Shown here in pieces: positions 1 through 11,700 of a stretch of DNA of 64,000 bases. Numbering within the stretch: position 1 is the first letter of the stretch; every line of letters starts with the position of its first letter. Origin of the DNA: Clostridia bacterium (GTDB lineage Bacteria > Bacillota > Clostridia > Lachnospirales > Cellulosilyticaceae); the NCBI GenBank assembly GCA_029239755.1, contig JARBUI010000006.1:11529-75528 (forward strand), read 5' to 3'. A model generated the notes under the pieces. The model did not search any database, had not been told where the DNA came from, and saw only the letters and a list, made by a program, of their open reading frames with translations. The translations under genes were made by a program, and so were the position numbers.

Positions 1-1007
1 GCCTCTTCAACCATTGTATCAGCGTGAGACATATCTTTAGTAATACGAGCCAGCCCTTCAACAATTTCGTTTATTTCAACAGCACCTTTTTCTGACGATA
101 TGGCTTGCTCAGAAGCTCCTTTTGCCAGTTCAGATACAGCGACAGCTATTTGTTCAGACACTTTTGATACTTCTTCTGAAGATGCCGCAAGCTCCTCTCC
201 TGAAGCTACTAATTCTTGTGAAACATTGTTAACGCTACCAATAAGACCCCTAAGGTTTTCGACCATTAACGCAAAAGCTTTACTTAAATCCTGAACTTCA
301 TCCCGCGACTTAATCCTTGGAACTATTTGTGTTAAGTCTCCTTCTGAAACCTTTATTGCTATTTTTGTAAGTGCAGCAAGGGGCCTAGCTATAGTTCTTC
401 TTAAAAATAAAGCAATGATTATCGAACCTATTACAGAGATAATAACGATCATAAAAAGTGCTATTTCTCTGTCTTCTATATCTTTTTCTATATGGTTAAT
501 GAGCTCTGTATTAACCCCCTCTACTGACTTTTGCCAGTTATCTGTTATTTCATTAATTTGTGTAACATATATACGTATATCATTTCCCCTGCTTATTGCT
601 TCTGTAACTTCGCCTTCTCCAACTAGTCCAATAATCTCTTGGACTCCTACATTATAGAGAGCATGTTGTTCTTTTAGCTGATAGAGATACTTCTTTGCTT
701 CCTCTGTTTGCAATTTATCTTCTACCTGATTGTAAACTGCTTCAACTTCTTTATTTAAATCATTAAAGAGTGTAGGATACTTATTATCTTTATAAATGAT
801 GTACCCACGTACCGCCGCAACTTGCTCTAGTGTTATCGAACGTACTTTTTCTACTAGGTTCTGTGTTTGGATATTCGTGTTTATTATTTCATGATATTTA
901 CTTTTAATAGAACTCATTCCAGAGAGTCCAATAAAACTAACTATAGCTATTAAAAATATAATGCATATAAAACTAAGGAAAATTTTTGCTCCTATTTTCA
1001 CTTTCAT
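1..1007 (-). CDS. Methyl-accepting chemotaxis protein (N-terminal part; runs off window start)
   Basis: Not in ORF track. ATG at 1007 with AAAGGTGG RBS. Reads MKVKIGAKIFLSFICIIFLIAIVSFIG (TM1), sensor domain, TM2, HAMP (GDLT..DEV) and MCP heptads (ELAASSEEVS..IAVAVSELAKGA). Confidence 0.9.
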   Translation of the reverse strand, partial: MKVKIGAKIFLSFICIIFLIAIVSFIGLSGMSSIKSKYHEIINTNIQTQNLVEKVRSITLEQVAAVRGYIIYKDNKYPTLFNDLNKEVEAVYNQVEDKLQTEEAKKYLYQLKEQHALYNVGVQEIIGLVGEGEVTEAISRGNDIRIYVTQINEITDNWQKSVEGVNTELINHIEKDIEDREIALFMIVIISVIGSIIIALFLRRTIARPLAALTKIAIKVSEGDLTQIVPRIKSRDEVQDLSKAFALMVENLRGLIGSVNNVSQELVASGEELAASSEEVSKVSEQIAVAVSELAKGASEQAISSEKGAVEINEIVEGLARITKDMSHADTMVEE

Positions 1008-1193
1008 AGTTTGTGCCACCTTTCGACTTTTTTTGAGGTTCGCTTATTTAATTATACGTCTCTCAATACTCTCAACATAGTCATAGGTGTCACACACTCG
1101 GTGTGAAAAATTCACGTTCTTTGGAAGATGCGTGAAAAAAACACCCCTTGTTAAAAAGAAGTGCTTCTCTGTAGATTATTTAGGAACCATAGT

Positions 1194-1847
1194 CTAATGT
1201 AAATTGTTTTTTATAGCAAAAACAACGATCTGGGCACGGTCTTTTAACATAAGCTTTGAAAGAATTTCAGTAATGATATTTCTTAGCCTTCCTTCAGCTA
1301 CATATAAACTATGAGCTATCTCAGAAGTGGTTTTGCCTTCAGCAATCATTTTGATAATCTTCAATTCTCTTTCTGATAGTTTTACTAAGTTTCCATGGAT
1401 ATTTAGGGTCTTTCCTTGGGATTTAGTATTTTCCTGAGAATCTTGCCTTGTGAAATCTCCTACATTCTGATCAATGACTTGCATATTGCAGTATACACTT
1501 TGAATAGCAAGAATTAAACTTTCTTTTTTTGCGCTCTTTAGAATATACCCATCAGCACCGCATGCTAAAGCTTCTTTAAAATCTTCTTCCAGTGTTGAGG
1601 TTGTTAATATCAATACTTTAATATTCTTGTTTTGACTTTTAATAAATTTAGTTGCTTCAATACCATTGCAATTTGGCATTAGTAGGTCCATCACAATAAC
1701 ATCTGGGCTTAATTTACTGGCATATTCACATACTTCATTACCATCAACAGCTTTACCTACCACTTGTATTTCATCATTACTTGACAGCATATGTTCAAGC
1801 AGGTCCAGTAAAAGCTGCTGATCATCTGCAATAAGAACTTTTATCAT
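1194..1847 (-). CDS. NarL/LuxR-family DNA-binding response regulator
   Basis: REC domain (IADD, MDLLMP, GYILK) plus LuxR HTH (LSERELKIIKMIAEG). Confidence 0.95.
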   Translation of the reverse strand: MIKVLIADDQQLLLDLLEHMLSSNDEIQVVGKAVDGNEVCEYASKLSPDVIVMDLLMPNCNGIEATKFIKSQNKNIKVLILTTSTLEEDFKEALACGADGYILKSAKKESLILAIQSVYCNMQVIDQNVGDFTRQDSQENTKSQGKTLNIHGNLVKLSERELKIIKMIAEGKTTSEIAHSLYVAEGRLRNIITEILSKLMLKDRAQIVVFAIKNNLH

Positions 1848-4800
1848 TAGTTATATCCCCCCTTGCAATAAAATCATTAAAACTAGTTATTATGCTCCTA
1901 ATAGAAGCCTCTAATTGATCCGCTGCATGATCTGCATCTTTAAAATTCTCATTATATCCCATCATTTCAAGTTCTTTCGCAAGTTCCAGGGTCTTATTTG
2001 CTTCAAATACTGCAATAGCTCCCTTTAAGGCATGCGCAGATGTTCTTAATTTATCCCCATCTCTTGTAAGAACAGCAAGGCGTATTTCCCCCATAAGATC
2101 ATGGGCACTATTCTCAAACTTTTTAACTATTAATTTAAAAAATGCTTCATCTGAGTTTAACTTTTCAAATATTTCTCCAGCATTAACTGCATCTGTATTT
2201 ACATTTTTATTAGCAGCCTGCCTCTCCTCAAAGATCTCATCAAATACTGCAAACAGCTTATTAAAATAAATGGGTTTTGTAAGATAGTAATCCATACCAG
2301 CTTCTATACATTTTGCTTTATCGTCTTTCATAGCATGGGCTGTTAGGGCAACTATCGGGATATGTGTATCTTTTTCCTTTTGTCTTATATGTCTTGCAGC
2401 TGTATAGCCATCCATTTCTGGCATTTGAATGTCCATTAATATCACATCAAATGCCTCTTTATCAAACAGCTCTATAGCTTCTCTTCCATTAGCAGCCAGC
2501 TTAAAAGTATAGCCTTCATTTTCCAGAACTTTACAAATAAGCATCTGATTCACCTCATTATCCTCAGCAATAAGAATATGTAATGGTCTTTTAACTATTT
2601 TATAATTTGTGACTTCCAAGCACTGTGGTACCTTGCCCATCGCCTCTTCTAAATGAATTAAAAAATATACTTCTGTTCCAATACCTAACGAACTTTTTAT
2701 CCAAATCCGTCCTGCCATCATTTCAACTAGCTTCTGGCAAATAGAAAGTCCAAGCCCTGTCCCCCCATATCTTCTGCTAACTGTGTTATCTGCCTGAACA
2801 AAAGGCTCAAATATACTTTTTATTTTCTCCTTGGATATACCTACCCCCGTATCTTTAACTAAGAATTCGACTCTAAAATAGTCTTCTTTAATCCGCTCTC
2901 CTCTAATGGCAATCTCAATATTTCCTTTACTGGTAAACTTCACTGCATTACTAAGAAGATTAAGTAAGATTTGTTTAATCTTTTCGAAATCCCCAAGTAA
3001 ATATTTTGGAAGATCTTCTGATATATTAATAATAACTTCAAGCTCTTTCTCATCAATTAGGGGCTGCATGAGCTTAACTGCTTCTCTTACACTTTCCCTA
3101 AGCTCAAATGGCATCTGATACAGCTCCATCTTTCCAGATTCAATCTTAGATAAGTCAAGTATATCATTAATGATATTTACGAGTGACTCTGTCGATTTCC
3201 TTAAAACATCGATATAAACCTTCTGCTCATTTGACAAGGTATCTTTGGATAACAAATCGATAATACCTAGAACGCCATTAATGGGTGTCCGAATTTCATG
3301 AGACATATTTGCAAGAAAAAGACTTTTGGCTGCATTAGCTTCATCAGCAGCTCTTTTTGACTGCTCAAGTTCTTCTTCAACAAGCCTTCTCTCAATTGCT
3401 TTTTCAAGAGAATTAACAAATGCACTGAGTGTTGAAAACTCGGCTTTTGTCCATACTCTTTCATATTTGCATTCATCAAATCCCATGAACCCCCAAAACG
3501 TGTTTCTGACGTAAATTGGAAGGACTACGATCGACAGTATCTCTTGATCTGCTAAAAGTTCCTGTACCCTGTCATCTTCAAACTCTCTTACTATGCCATA
3601 AAAAGGATTCCCCTCTAGGAGCGGTTTAATAAAAAAGTCTATATCTTCGAAAGGTATTTGCTGCAGCTCAGCATTACTAAGCTGTGGCGTACTTGAACTA
3701 GATGTCCATTCTATTTTTTGGCTTGTTCTGCCATTTCCTTTATCATCGTAACTATTTTGAAACAAATAAACTCTATCTACCTGTGCTGCTTCCCCCAACA
3801 TAGAGAAACATCTTTTAACAGCTGTATAATAATCCTTTTCATCCAATAGTTCTTTAATCGATAATGCAACAGCAGAAAGAATACGCTCTTTTTTATTTAA
3901 TTCCGTTTCCATTCGTTTTCTTTCTGAAATATCATAAATAAGTTCCTGTTCCACCTTCTTGATATGATCAATGTTAATATGGGTTCCAAGCATGAGTAAT
4001 GGTTCTCCATTTTCGTCCCACTCCACCACTTTTCCGCGGTCAAGTACCCAAACCCATTCCCCATTCTTATGTTTAACACGGGCCTCACATTCATAGTATT
4101 CTGTCTCACCCTTAAAACACTTTGCAAGCTTTTCATTTGAAGCAGCTAAATCGTCCGGATGTACAAATCGGATCCACGTATCAATGCTGACGGGGGAAAT
4201 CTCTTCAAGAGTATATCCTATTAAGTTTGCCCACTGCTCATTGAAATAAGTTTCACCAGTTTTTACATGCCATTCCCAAAGGCCTATTTTTGCATTATTA
4301 ATCGCAGTATTCAGCCTCATTTCACTTTCTTTAAGTTCTCTTTCTGCTTGTCTCTGCTGGGTCCGGTCAATGATAACAACCAAAAAACTTTTGACTCCTT
4401 GGTCGTCTATGACTTCACCTGAAAAAACACCTTCTAGTATGCTTCCGTCTTTTTTCCTTACTTTAATTTCACGATTTTGTATACTCCCTACTCTATGAAT
4501 ATCATCTTTGGATTCCTTTCGCTGATGCTCGTCAGTAATTAATCCCAATTCTTTAACGGTATGTCCAATAATTTCGTCCCTGCTATATCCGAGGGTTTCA
4601 ACAAATGCAGCATTAACATCTACGAACTTTCCACCATCAAGTGTCACTACTGCCATAATAGCTGGATTGCAATCAAACAGCTTGTAAAATTTTTGAAGAG
4701 CAAACTGCTGGCTTGTAATATCTCTTGCTGCAGCATAAATAAACTCCCCGTAAGGATGGGAGCGCCACTCAACAAATCGGTAAGAGCCGTCTTGGCATCT

Positions 4801-5037
4801 ATACCGATTTATAAAATTAAGTACCTGTTTATTTGCTCTAAGGTCAGACATTGCATTTAATGTAGCTGATACATCATCCGGATGAATAAAATCAAGAAAC
4901 TTCCTGTTTTCTAATTCACTTGCTGAATATCCAAGTATTCTTTCCCACGCCTTGTTAACTCTAATAAAATTTCCTGATGTATCAGCAATACATAATAAGT
5001 CAAGATTTATGGTAAAAAAACGTTCATAATCTATCAC
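1822..5037 (-). CDS. Hybrid sensor histidine kinase (PAS x3-GAF-HisKA-HATPase-REC-Hpt)
   Basis: PAS motifs (IHPDD), H-box FLANMSHEIRTP, NAVKFT, GGTGLGLSI, REC (AEDN, MDIQMP), Hpt AHALKG. Overlaps the response regulator start. Confidence 0.95.
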   Translation of the reverse strand: MIDYERFFTINLDLLCIADTSGNFIRVNKAWERILGYSASELENRKFLDFIHPDDVSATLNAMSDLRANKQVLNFINRYRCQDGSYRFVEWRSHPYGEFIYAAARDITSQQFALQKFYKLFDCNPAIMAVVTLDGGKFVDVNAAFVETLGYSRDEIIGHTVKELGLITDEHQRKESKDDIHRVGSIQNREIKVRKKDGSILEGVFSGEVIDDQGVKSFLVVIIDRTQQRQAERELKESEMRLNTAINNAKIGLWEWHVKTGETYFNEQWANLIGYTLEEISPVSIDTWIRFVHPDDLAASNEKLAKCFKGETEYYECEARVKHKNGEWVWVLDRGKVVEWDENGEPLLMLGTHINIDHIKKVEQELIYDISERKRMETELNKKERILSAVALSIKELLDEKDYYTAVKRCFSMLGEAAQVDRVYLFQNSYDDKGNGRTSQKIEWTSSSSTPQLSNAELQQIPFEDIDFFIKPLLEGNPFYGIVREFEDDRVQELLADQEILSIVVLPIYVRNTFWGFMGFDECKYERVWTKAEFSTLSAFVNSLEKAIERRLVEEELEQSKRAADEANAAKSLFLANMSHEIRTPINGVLGIIDLLSKDTLSNEQKVYIDVLRKSTESLVNIINDILDLSKIESGKMELYQMPFELRESVREAVKLMQPLIDEKELEVIINISEDLPKYLLGDFEKIKQILLNLLSNAVKFTSKGNIEIAIRGERIKEDYFRVEFLVKDTGVGISKEKIKSIFEPFVQADNTVSRRYGGTGLGLSICQKLVEMMAGRIWIKSSLGIGTEVYFLIHLEEAMGKVPQCLEVTNYKIVKRPLHILIAEDNEVNQMLICKVLENEGYTFKLAANGREAIELFDKEAFDVILMDIQMPEMDGYTAARHIRQKEKDTHIPIVALTAHAMKDDKAKCIEAGMDYYLTKPIYFNKLFAVFDEIFEERQAANKNVNTDAVNAGEIFEKLNSDEAFFKLIVKKFENSAHDLMGEIRLAVLTRDGDKLRTSAHALKGAIAVFEANKTLELAKELEMMGYNENFKDADHAADQLEASIRSIITSFNDFIARGDITNDKSSYCR

Positions 5038-5285
5038 GCAAACTCATTCTCCTTATTATTTAACGCTGTTTTTTATCTTTTGCAGCGGCTATGCATCATA
5101 GTATTCTAATCCCATGTATGTAATACATTATAATACATTGTCAATTATTTAACATCCTATTATTTTATTTTTCCTTCTTATTTCTTACTCTAATTCTGAT
5201 GAGAATGAATCCTTTACCCTTACTCATTAGCAATTCATACATATAACTGCCTATCCTCCCCTCTTTATTGGGATAGATTTCCCAT

Positions 5286-5312
5286 TAAGAATCTTGTCCT
5301 TTAATCCGATAA
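5286..5312 (+). promoter_or_regulatory. Sigma28 (SigD/FliA)-type promoter
   Basis: TAAG-N15-TCCGATAA versus consensus TAAA-N15-GCCGATAA, upstream of an MCP gene. Confidence 0.65.
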
Positions 5313-5367
5313 ATATAATATGTCGACAAATGTCGATATAATCAATAATTTGGAGGAATTAACTAAT

Positions 5368-7365
5368 ATGCAGCTCAAAAAAATAAAGACTATTAAAACT
5401 AAATTAATATCTAGTATGATAGCCCTTTGCTTAATCCCTTTAGTTTGTATTGGTACAGTAAACTATATACAGTCAAAATCCATTCTAACTAAAAAATTAG
5501 AAGTTACCAGCGCTCAGACTTTATCTGAAGTAAGCAGATCTTTAGACAATTACTTTGATAGTGTTTCAGTTCAGATTAAAATGGCATCAAGCAATGTAAA
5601 CTTTAAAGAAATAGATCTAGTAGATTCCAGACAGCAGTTTGCAGCTTTATATTTAAAAGATATAAAAGAAAGCTCACCTGATATTATTAATGCTTTCTTT
5701 GCTACTGAATCAAATAAATTTTTGCTTTATCCTGAGGCAGATCTTGGAAGCAACTTTACCTTTAAGGATAGACAATGGTACACATCCGCTATGGATCATG
5801 AAGGGGAAATTGTAGTTTCTGAACCTTATAAGGATACTGTTACTGGCAAGTATGTTGTTACCATTTCAAAAACGTTAGACAATGACGGAAAAATTATCGG
5901 GGTAATAGGCATTGATTTATCATTAGAATTGGTGTCGAATTTATTTTCAAACTCTAAGGTAGGGGATACAGGATATGTCTATATTTTTGATGCCAGTGGC
6001 ATTATCATAGCACATCCTACTAAAGAGCTGATTGGTACAGATCAGCCAACACAGCTCAGCTTCTTTGAAACTGTAAAAGGAACAGAGAAGGGATTCACTC
6101 AATATACATTTAATGGAGAAAATAAATTCGCTGTATACGATACTAATAAAATGACTGGCTGGAAGCTTATGGCTTCTATGAATGAAAGTGAATTAAACAA
6201 GGACTTAAGTGCTATAAGAAATATTATATTATGGACTACAATAATTGTTGCACTAGCTGGAGCCTTTGTAGCCGTTTTATTAAGCAGAGGAATAGCTAAT
6301 AATATAGACAAGTTAAAGAAAGCATTTGGCAGTGCTTCTCTTGGAGACTTAACTACAAGAGTTGCTATTAAATCTCACGATGAATTAGGTCAATTAGGCA
6401 ATGACTTTAATGGGATGCTTGAAAGTATATCTGAGCTTATCAAAAGTGTTAATTTATCCTCGGAGACAATTCTCGATGCTTCTTCTCATATCGCAAATAT
6501 GTCTGAAGAAACTACAGCATCTATTAATGAGGTGTCTAAAGCGATTGAAGAGATATCTCATGGAGCAACCAGCCAGGCTCACACTGCACAAGAAAGTGTC
6601 ATAAGGATAAGCGATTTATCATTACGACTTAATGATATAACAGAATCTACAAATAAAGCTGGTCAGATTGCGGAAGAGGCTCAAAGCTTAAGTGATAGAG
6701 GTTTAAATATGGTAAGTATTCTTACAGCCAAATCAGAAAGAACAAAAGAGTCTTCAATGCATGTAGGACTAATTGTTAAAGATGTAAATGCAAATATAGC
6801 AAAGATTACTTCTATTTCTGAAGCTATATCGCAAATAACGAATCAAACAAACCTATTGGCTTTAAATGCTTCCATCGAAGCTGCAAGAGCTGGAGAAGCC
6901 GGCAAAGGGTTTGCCGTTGTAGCAGAGGAAATTAGGAAACTTGCTGAGCAGTCAAAAGTCTCTACTGAAGAAATAAAGGCCATTATCGATACCGTACAGG
7001 ATAAGTCCAAGACTGCCGTTGATGCAATAAAAGATACTGAATCCACTGTAAAAGAACAAGATGAAACCATGTCAGAAACTAAAGAAGTATTCAATGATAT
7101 TATTAGCGGCGTGAAACACATAACCTCTATGATAAGTGAGATGAAAACACTAATTGGCGAGATAAATATCAGTAAGGAAAATGTTATAGATCAAATACAG
7201 GATATTTCGGCTGTTTCTGAGCAAACTGCTTCAGCAACTGAAGAGGTTTCTGCCTCCTCCGAAGAGGTTAATGCTACTATGGACGAACTGACGAGGTACG
7301 CTGAAAGTCTGCAAAAACTCTCTAAAAACTTACAAGATGGCATTAAGAAGTTTAATATAGAATAG
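5368..7365 (+). CDS. Methyl-accepting chemotaxis protein with dCache sensor
   Basis: RQWY..PYKD Cache motif, [31 protein letters not shown]. Start moved from 5320 to ATG 5368, which follows a GGAGG RBS. Confidence 0.95.
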   Translation: MQLKKIKTIKTKLISSMIALCLIPLVCIGTVNYIQSKSILTKKLEVTSAQTLSEVSRSLDNYFDSVSVQIKMASSNVNFKEIDLVDSRQQFAALYLKDIKESSPDIINAFFATESNKFLLYPEADLGSNFTFKDRQWYTSAMDHEGEIVVSEPYKDTVTGKYVVTISKTLDNDGKIIGVIGIDLSLELVSNLFSNSKVGDTGYVYIFDASGIIIAHPTKELIGTDQPTQLSFFETVKGTEKGFTQYTFNGENKFAVYDTNKMTGWKLMASMNESELNKDLSAIRNIILWTTIIVALAGAFVAVLLSRGIANNIDKLKKAFGSASLGDLTTRVAIKSHDELGQLGNDFNGMLESISELIKSVNLSSETILDASSHIANMSEETTASINEVSKAIEEISHGATSQAHTAQESVIRISDLSLRLNDITESTNKAGQIAEEAQSLSDRGLNMVSILTAKSERTKESSMHVGLIVKDVNANIAKITSISEAISQITNQTNLLALNASIEAARAGEAGKGFAVVAEEIRKLAEQSKVSTEEIKAIIDTVQDKSKTAVDAIKDTESTVKEQDETMSETKEVFNDIISGVKHITSMISEMKTLIGEINISKENVIDQIQDISAVSEQTASATEEVSASSEEVNATMDELTRYAESLQKLSKNLQDGIKKFNIE

Positions 7366-7383
7366 TAATTTTTTCAGTAATTA

Positions 7384-7438
7384 AAAACCCCAACGCTGTG
7401 CTGCAATATTAATTATTACAGTACAGCGTTGGGGTTTT
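7384..7438. terminator. Bidirectional intrinsic terminator
   Basis: AAAACCCCAACGCTGT...ACAGCGTTGGGGTTTT inverted repeat between convergent MCP genes. Confidence 0.85.
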
Positions 7439-7447
7439 AGTTTTTCT

Positions 7448-9436
7448 CTAGACTTTAAATTTCCTGATAACAGACTGCAAATCTTGGGCAAGCTCTGATA
7501 AACCTTCACTTGCACTTGATATTTCTTCTGAAGCAGCTGTCTGCTCCTCAATAGCCGCTGATACTTCTTGTGTTGCAACAGAATTTTGTTCTGCAATAGC
7601 AGATAGATTTTTAAGCGTACTTAAGATGTCCTGCTTCATCTTTTCCATTTCTTCTCCTGAAACATTAAGCTGCCCTACTGACTTTTCTGTTTCCTTCATA
7701 GCTTCTGCAATAGTCAGATACTTCTTTTTGCTTGTCTCTACACTTTCTTGCTGTTCTTTTAAAATCGATGCCACATTTTCCATGATTTCAACTGATGCAT
7801 TGGAATGATTCTGCAGTTCTCGAACCACTTCATCAATCGTTTTAGTGGAAGCATTAGACTGCTCTGCTAACTTTCTAATTTCTTCTGCTACTACAGCAAA
7901 GCCTCTTCCCGCCTCACCGGCTCTTGCAGCCTCAATAGCTGCATTTAAGGCTAGTAAGTTAGTCTGTCCTGCTATAAAAGTAATGACGCTGCTGGCCTCT
8001 CCAATCTTATTAACACTTTGATTGGTTCTCATAATCCCTTGATGAACTTCGTTGGTTGCTTTTCTGCTTTCATCTGAAATCTGAGTTAAATTCTCTATTT
8101 CTTTTAATCCTTCATCAACAACTTGACTTACTTTTTGAGATGCCTTATTTAATTCTTCCATATAGGACAGGTCTTTTTCAATAATTTCACCTAGTACTAT
8201 AGCCTTTGAAGAACCTTCTTCTGTGTTTTGTGCTTGGTCTGAAGCGCCTTTTGCAATTTGTTCTACTGTTTTTGCTACTCCTTCTGATGCAGTCGCTGAT
8301 TGCTCTGCGGTAGCAGCCATTTGCTCCGAAGAAGCAGCTATTTGATCTGAAGACCTGGCAATCTCGTCAATAATGCTTTTAAGGCTGTCTGTTATACTCT
8401 GCAGTGCCTTTGCCAAAGATCCAATTTCATCTTTTTTGTTAAGAAGGTCTTTAGCAACATCCTCGGTAAGATCTAACTGTTCTATTTTCTTTGAATGCTG
8501 TATCACTCTTATAATAGGCTTTGCAATTGAATGGCCTACTCCATATGTTATGATAACACTAATTATTAAAATAATAAGGGTGAGTAATAAAATATTAGTC
8601 TGCAGCTTAGGTATAGCTCTAAGGACTTCTTTCTTATTAGCTGTAATGACTAGCGTCCAATTGGTATTCTCAATGGATGAATAACCCGCATATAAGTTCT
8701 TTCCATTAAACGTATACCTACTAACACCCGTCTTTTCATCCAGTATTTTAGTAAATAATGCCGCAAGAGACTGTAAAGTCTGATCGTTTTGAACTTCTGT
8801 AAGCGGATTAAACTGCCCAAACACTTTTTCTCTGTCTGGATGCCCTACTACCGTCCCGCTGCTATTAATAATATACCCATATCCTTCTTCGCCAAAGCCT
8901 GTTTCGTCCGAAATAAGACTCAAAGCATTGCCATCTCTACGCCCCACTAAGACACCTACCACTTGCCCGTCTTTTTCTATAGGGACTGCATACATGAGGA
9001 CAAGTTCATTGGTTACTGAACTAATAATAAGATCTGAAGTACTTGCCTCCCCTGAAAACGCCTTTTTTACATAATCCCTATCTCCAAGTGCTTTGCTAGT
9101 CCCATCATTGTAATAAGCCGTTCCATCTGGATAAACAACAGCCAGTGCTAAGAAGCCTGATCCCTCCACTCTCCTTTGCAATTCATCCTGCTGAAGCTTC
9201 AAGTCCATACTTTGAATAGCCTCATTGCCCGCCAGCATTTTAAGTGCTTGCTTTTGTGCCTCCACTCTGCTTGCTGTATAACGCGCTCCTTCAAAAGCTA
9301 AAGACTGCAGTCCTTTTTCTGCTTCTTTGCTGATTGCACTACTTGATCTCTGAAGTGCAAAAAATCCTAGACAGACAGATACTAAGACTATTAAAACAGA
9401 AAAAGAAATAATTAACCTTGTTTTAATACTTTTCAT
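7448..9436 (-). CDS. Methyl-accepting chemotaxis protein (Cache domain)
   Basis: DRDY Cache motif, two TMs, [31 protein letters not shown]. Confidence 0.95.
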   Translation of the reverse strand: MKSIKTRLIISFSVLIVLVSVCLGFFALQRSSSAISKEAEKGLQSLAFEGARYTASRVEAQKQALKMLAGNEAIQSMDLKLQQDELQRRVEGSGFLALAVVYPDGTAYYNDGTSKALGDRDYVKKAFSGEASTSDLIISSVTNELVLMYAVPIEKDGQVVGVLVGRRDGNALSLISDETGFGEEGYGYIINSSGTVVGHPDREKVFGQFNPLTEVQNDQTLQSLAALFTKILDEKTGVSRYTFNGKNLYAGYSSIENTNWTLVITANKKEVLRAIPKLQTNILLLTLIILIISVIITYGVGHSIAKPIIRVIQHSKKIEQLDLTEDVAKDLLNKKDEIGSLAKALQSITDSLKSIIDEIARSSDQIAASSEQMAATAEQSATASEGVAKTVEQIAKGASDQAQNTEEGSSKAIVLGEIIEKDLSYMEELNKASQKVSQVVDEGLKEIENLTQISDESRKATNEVHQGIMRTNQSVNKIGEASSVITFIAGQTNLLALNAAIEAARAGEAGRGFAVVAEEIRKLAEQSNASTKTIDEVVRELQNHSNASVEIMENVASILKEQQESVETSKKKYLTIAEAMKETEKSVGQLNVSGEEMEKMKQDILSTLKNLSAIAEQNSVATQEVSAAIEEQTAASEEISSASEGLSELAQDLQSVIRKFKV

Positions 9437-9480
9437 TACTAAATTCCTCTCTTTTTTATATTATTAAAATGAACACAACA

Positions 9481-9522
9481 AAAAAGCCCTGTTATTCCAC
9501 TAGATGCGGACATAAAAGGGCG
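9481..9522 (-). terminator. Riboswitch expression-platform terminator
   Basis: Minus strand CGCCCT...AGGGC followed by a U-tract, between the aptamer and the MCP start. Confidence 0.65.
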
Positions 9523-9533
9523 TTAAAATCAAG

Positions 9534-9610
9534 CTGCAACCGGCTGCCATATCATTTTATGATTTAGGCCCTTGGCTTTGCGTCCCTATCTTTCGATAAG
9601 TTTGCCCTTA
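9534..9610 (-). ncRNA. Cyclic di-GMP-I (GEMM) riboswitch
   Basis: Minus strand GGCAAAC-ttatc-GAAA-gatag-GGACGCAAAGCC-aagggc-CTAA...ATGG-CAGCCGGTTGC, with GNRA loop and tetraloop receptor, upstream of an MCP. Confidence 0.93.
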
Positions 9611-9809
9611 AAATATTATATTTTCTATTGTATACAAACTATGTGTTTTTTAATAACTCACAATTTATCATTATATAGGATATAAAAGAGATTTACAAGT
9701 ATTATTGTAAAATATTTTGCGTTTTATTGTAAGATATTCTGCACTTTTTACATTTATTTCTTTGGATAAATCTGAATTGTCTTTTCCATAGACACTAAAA
9801 GCTACTTAC

Positions 9810-10448
9810 TCATTTTATAGAGAAGTAGCTTGTTGTAAGTTCTAATATTTCCTTAGGGTTTTCTAGAATGTAATTTGCATTAATGCCATCTGCAGTTTTA
9901 GCTCCCCACAAAGCTAATGCAAAGTCAACCCCTGCTCCGGCTGCACATTTTAAATCATATAGAGTATCTCCGATATAAATAGCTTTTGTTTTATCCACTC
10001 CCGCTAGTTCAACAAACTTTAAAATAGGCTCAGGATCAGGCTTATGTTTTTTTGTATCATCCGCACAGATAACTATATCAAAGTAATCGGTTAGTTTAAA
10101 ATGAGTGAAATCATTTAAATATTCTTTTTTAGTTTTTGAGGTAACAATCCCTATCGAAATACCCACTTCACGCAGTTTAATTATCGTTTCTTTCATACCA
10201 TCAAAAATTTTTATATGGTGAAAATATTCATTATAATACCTATCCCACTTTTCATTGCACTCAGAAACATTGGTTATGCCAAGTTTGTTTAATGAGACTT
10301 CTCCAGGAATACCTAAAACAAATCTTAATTCTTCAAGGCTAAAGTTTTTATCGAGTTCTTCAAATGCTAGCTTTTGAAGTGAGGAAAGAACTGCTTTTTC
10401 CGTGTCTAAAATCGTACCATCAATATCAAATATAATACATTTATACAT
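9810..10448 (-). CDS. HAD-superfamily hydrolase (PpaX/Gph-like)
   Basis: FDIDGT, KPDPEP and IGD..YD motifs. Confidence 0.9.
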   Translation of the reverse strand: MYKCIIFDIDGTILDTEKAVLSSLQKLAFEELDKNFSLEELRFVLGIPGEVSLNKLGITNVSECNEKWDRYYNEYFHHIKIFDGMKETIIKLREVGISIGIVTSKTKKEYLNDFTHFKLTDYFDIVICADDTKKHKPDPEPILKFVELAGVDKTKAIYIGDTLYDLKCAAGAGVDFALALWGAKTADGINANYILENPKEILELTTSYFSIK

Positions 10449-10501
10449 CGCTGTTCTCCTTTACTGAAATTGAGATTTATACTTTATTACTTTTATCTAT
10501 A

Positions 10502-10596
10502 GTCCGCCTAGCAGTGAGGGGATTCTTTCAGCTCTCCACGCCTACCCACAGCCAACCCGAGTCGATCTAAAAAAATCCCCTCACTACCAGGCTGTC
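10502..10596 (+). repeat. Dispersed stem-loop element, copy 1
   Basis: GTCCGC, arm AGTGAGGGGATT, core CTCCACGCCTACCCACAGCCAACCCGAGTCG, arm AATCCCCTCACT, then CAGGCTGTC. Confidence 0.85.
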
Positions 10597-10636
10597 ACAT
10601 CTCAACGCTAGGAAAACAATAAAGATAAATTACCCT

Positions 10637-11569
10637 TTACTCTTTTATTTGTTCCAGTAAGTAGATGATAAAGTTTGTTTTTTCTTCTTCCTCTAAATCA
10701 TCTATCAAATTTTTGCTATCCTTCGGATCTTTTTGATAAGCTTTTATAAGTTTATCAAAACCATTGGCTAACAGCTTACCCGTATCTTTTTCTCTGTCTT
10801 TTTCATACGGATCACCTACAACAATAATGTTTTCTCCCCTACTAGGAGCTATTTTCAAAATCTCTTCTTTTACTTCTTCACTTGCTACACTTATGGTATT
10901 TTTAAGAAGCCATTTTTCTACTAACTTATCAGAGGCAATGGACAATTTTTCTTTGCATTTCTCATCAACAAGTTCATTAAATAAGTCCCCTGTATGGCTG
11001 TCTACCTTAACAAATATGACTTCAATACCGCGGCTCATTAATTCATTCATCTTATTGTAGTAGTCTTCTGACGACTGTTCTCTTCTCTCCCAAAAGCCTG
11101 TAGCATGATGTGAAATCCCTTCATAATCATGGAACAGAACTACTTGTTTGTTCCCTTTACTTAAAGCATACTGTACTCCTTTAACAGCACCTTCGAGTTC
11201 CCCTGCTATCTGCCTTATATTCTTTTCAGAGCTGTCTTTTTCGGATTCGCTTTCGATATATTCAACAACATTATTTTTGACTGCTGCTAGTCCATAGGAA
11301 TACTTTTTAGTATGCGTATTATAGCTTCCGTCAACGTAAATATGTAAGCAATCCTCTGGGTAGCTGTCTTCTCCCTTTTTGAGCATCTTACTAGCTTCAC
11401 TCAAATAAGCCTTCGCACTGTTAATGTCCTCAAAGCTTTTGTATTTAGCTCCTTTAACTCCTTTTACATATTTCAAACATTCCGCCCACGTATTAACAAT
11501 CTTATTTTCTACCTTTTCATTCGTTTCTGAATTAAATCCTTCTTTTACTGCATAAACTTTCTTTCCCAT
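10637..11569 (-). CDS. rnhA: Ribonuclease HI with N-terminal hybrid-binding (viroplasmin-like) domain
   Basis: YAVKEG..WAEC..VKGVKGAKYKSF N-domain, plus catalytic YVDGS, AGELEG, HDYEG, KVDSHTGD..NE. Confidence 0.88.
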   Translation of the reverse strand: MGKKVYAVKEGFNSETNEKVENKIVNTWAECLKYVKGVKGAKYKSFEDINSAKAYLSEASKMLKKGEDSYPEDCLHIYVDGSYNTHTKKYSYGLAAVKNNVVEYIESESEKDSSEKNIRQIAGELEGAVKGVQYALSKGNKQVVLFHDYEGISHHATGFWERREQSSEDYYNKMNELMSRGIEVIFVKVDSHTGDLFNELVDEKCKEKLSIASDKLVEKWLLKNTISVASEEVKEEILKIAPSRGENIIVVGDPYEKDREKDTGKLLANGFDKLIKAYQKDPKDSKNLIDDLEEEEKTNFIIYLLEQIKE

Positions 11570-11700
11570 TTAATGTATTCTCCTTACTCCTAATCAATTC
11601 TATGAGCAAAATTATCTTTTGTTTATTCTAAATCTAAATAGCGGCTTATCTTACATTAGTTTTATACTATCACATTATTAGTCATTTTTTAAGGTCTATT

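Noticed and set aside
100-657. Short plus-strand ORFs (100-294, 415-657) and the many other small antisense ORFs in the track
   Set aside because: They are shadows of well-supported genes on the opposite strand or in another frame, with no family motifs.
10502-10596. Repeat element as tRNA, self-cleaving ribozyme or group II intron fragment
   Set aside because: No cloverleaf or TTC loop, and no hammerhead, twister, pistol or domain V consensus recognised.
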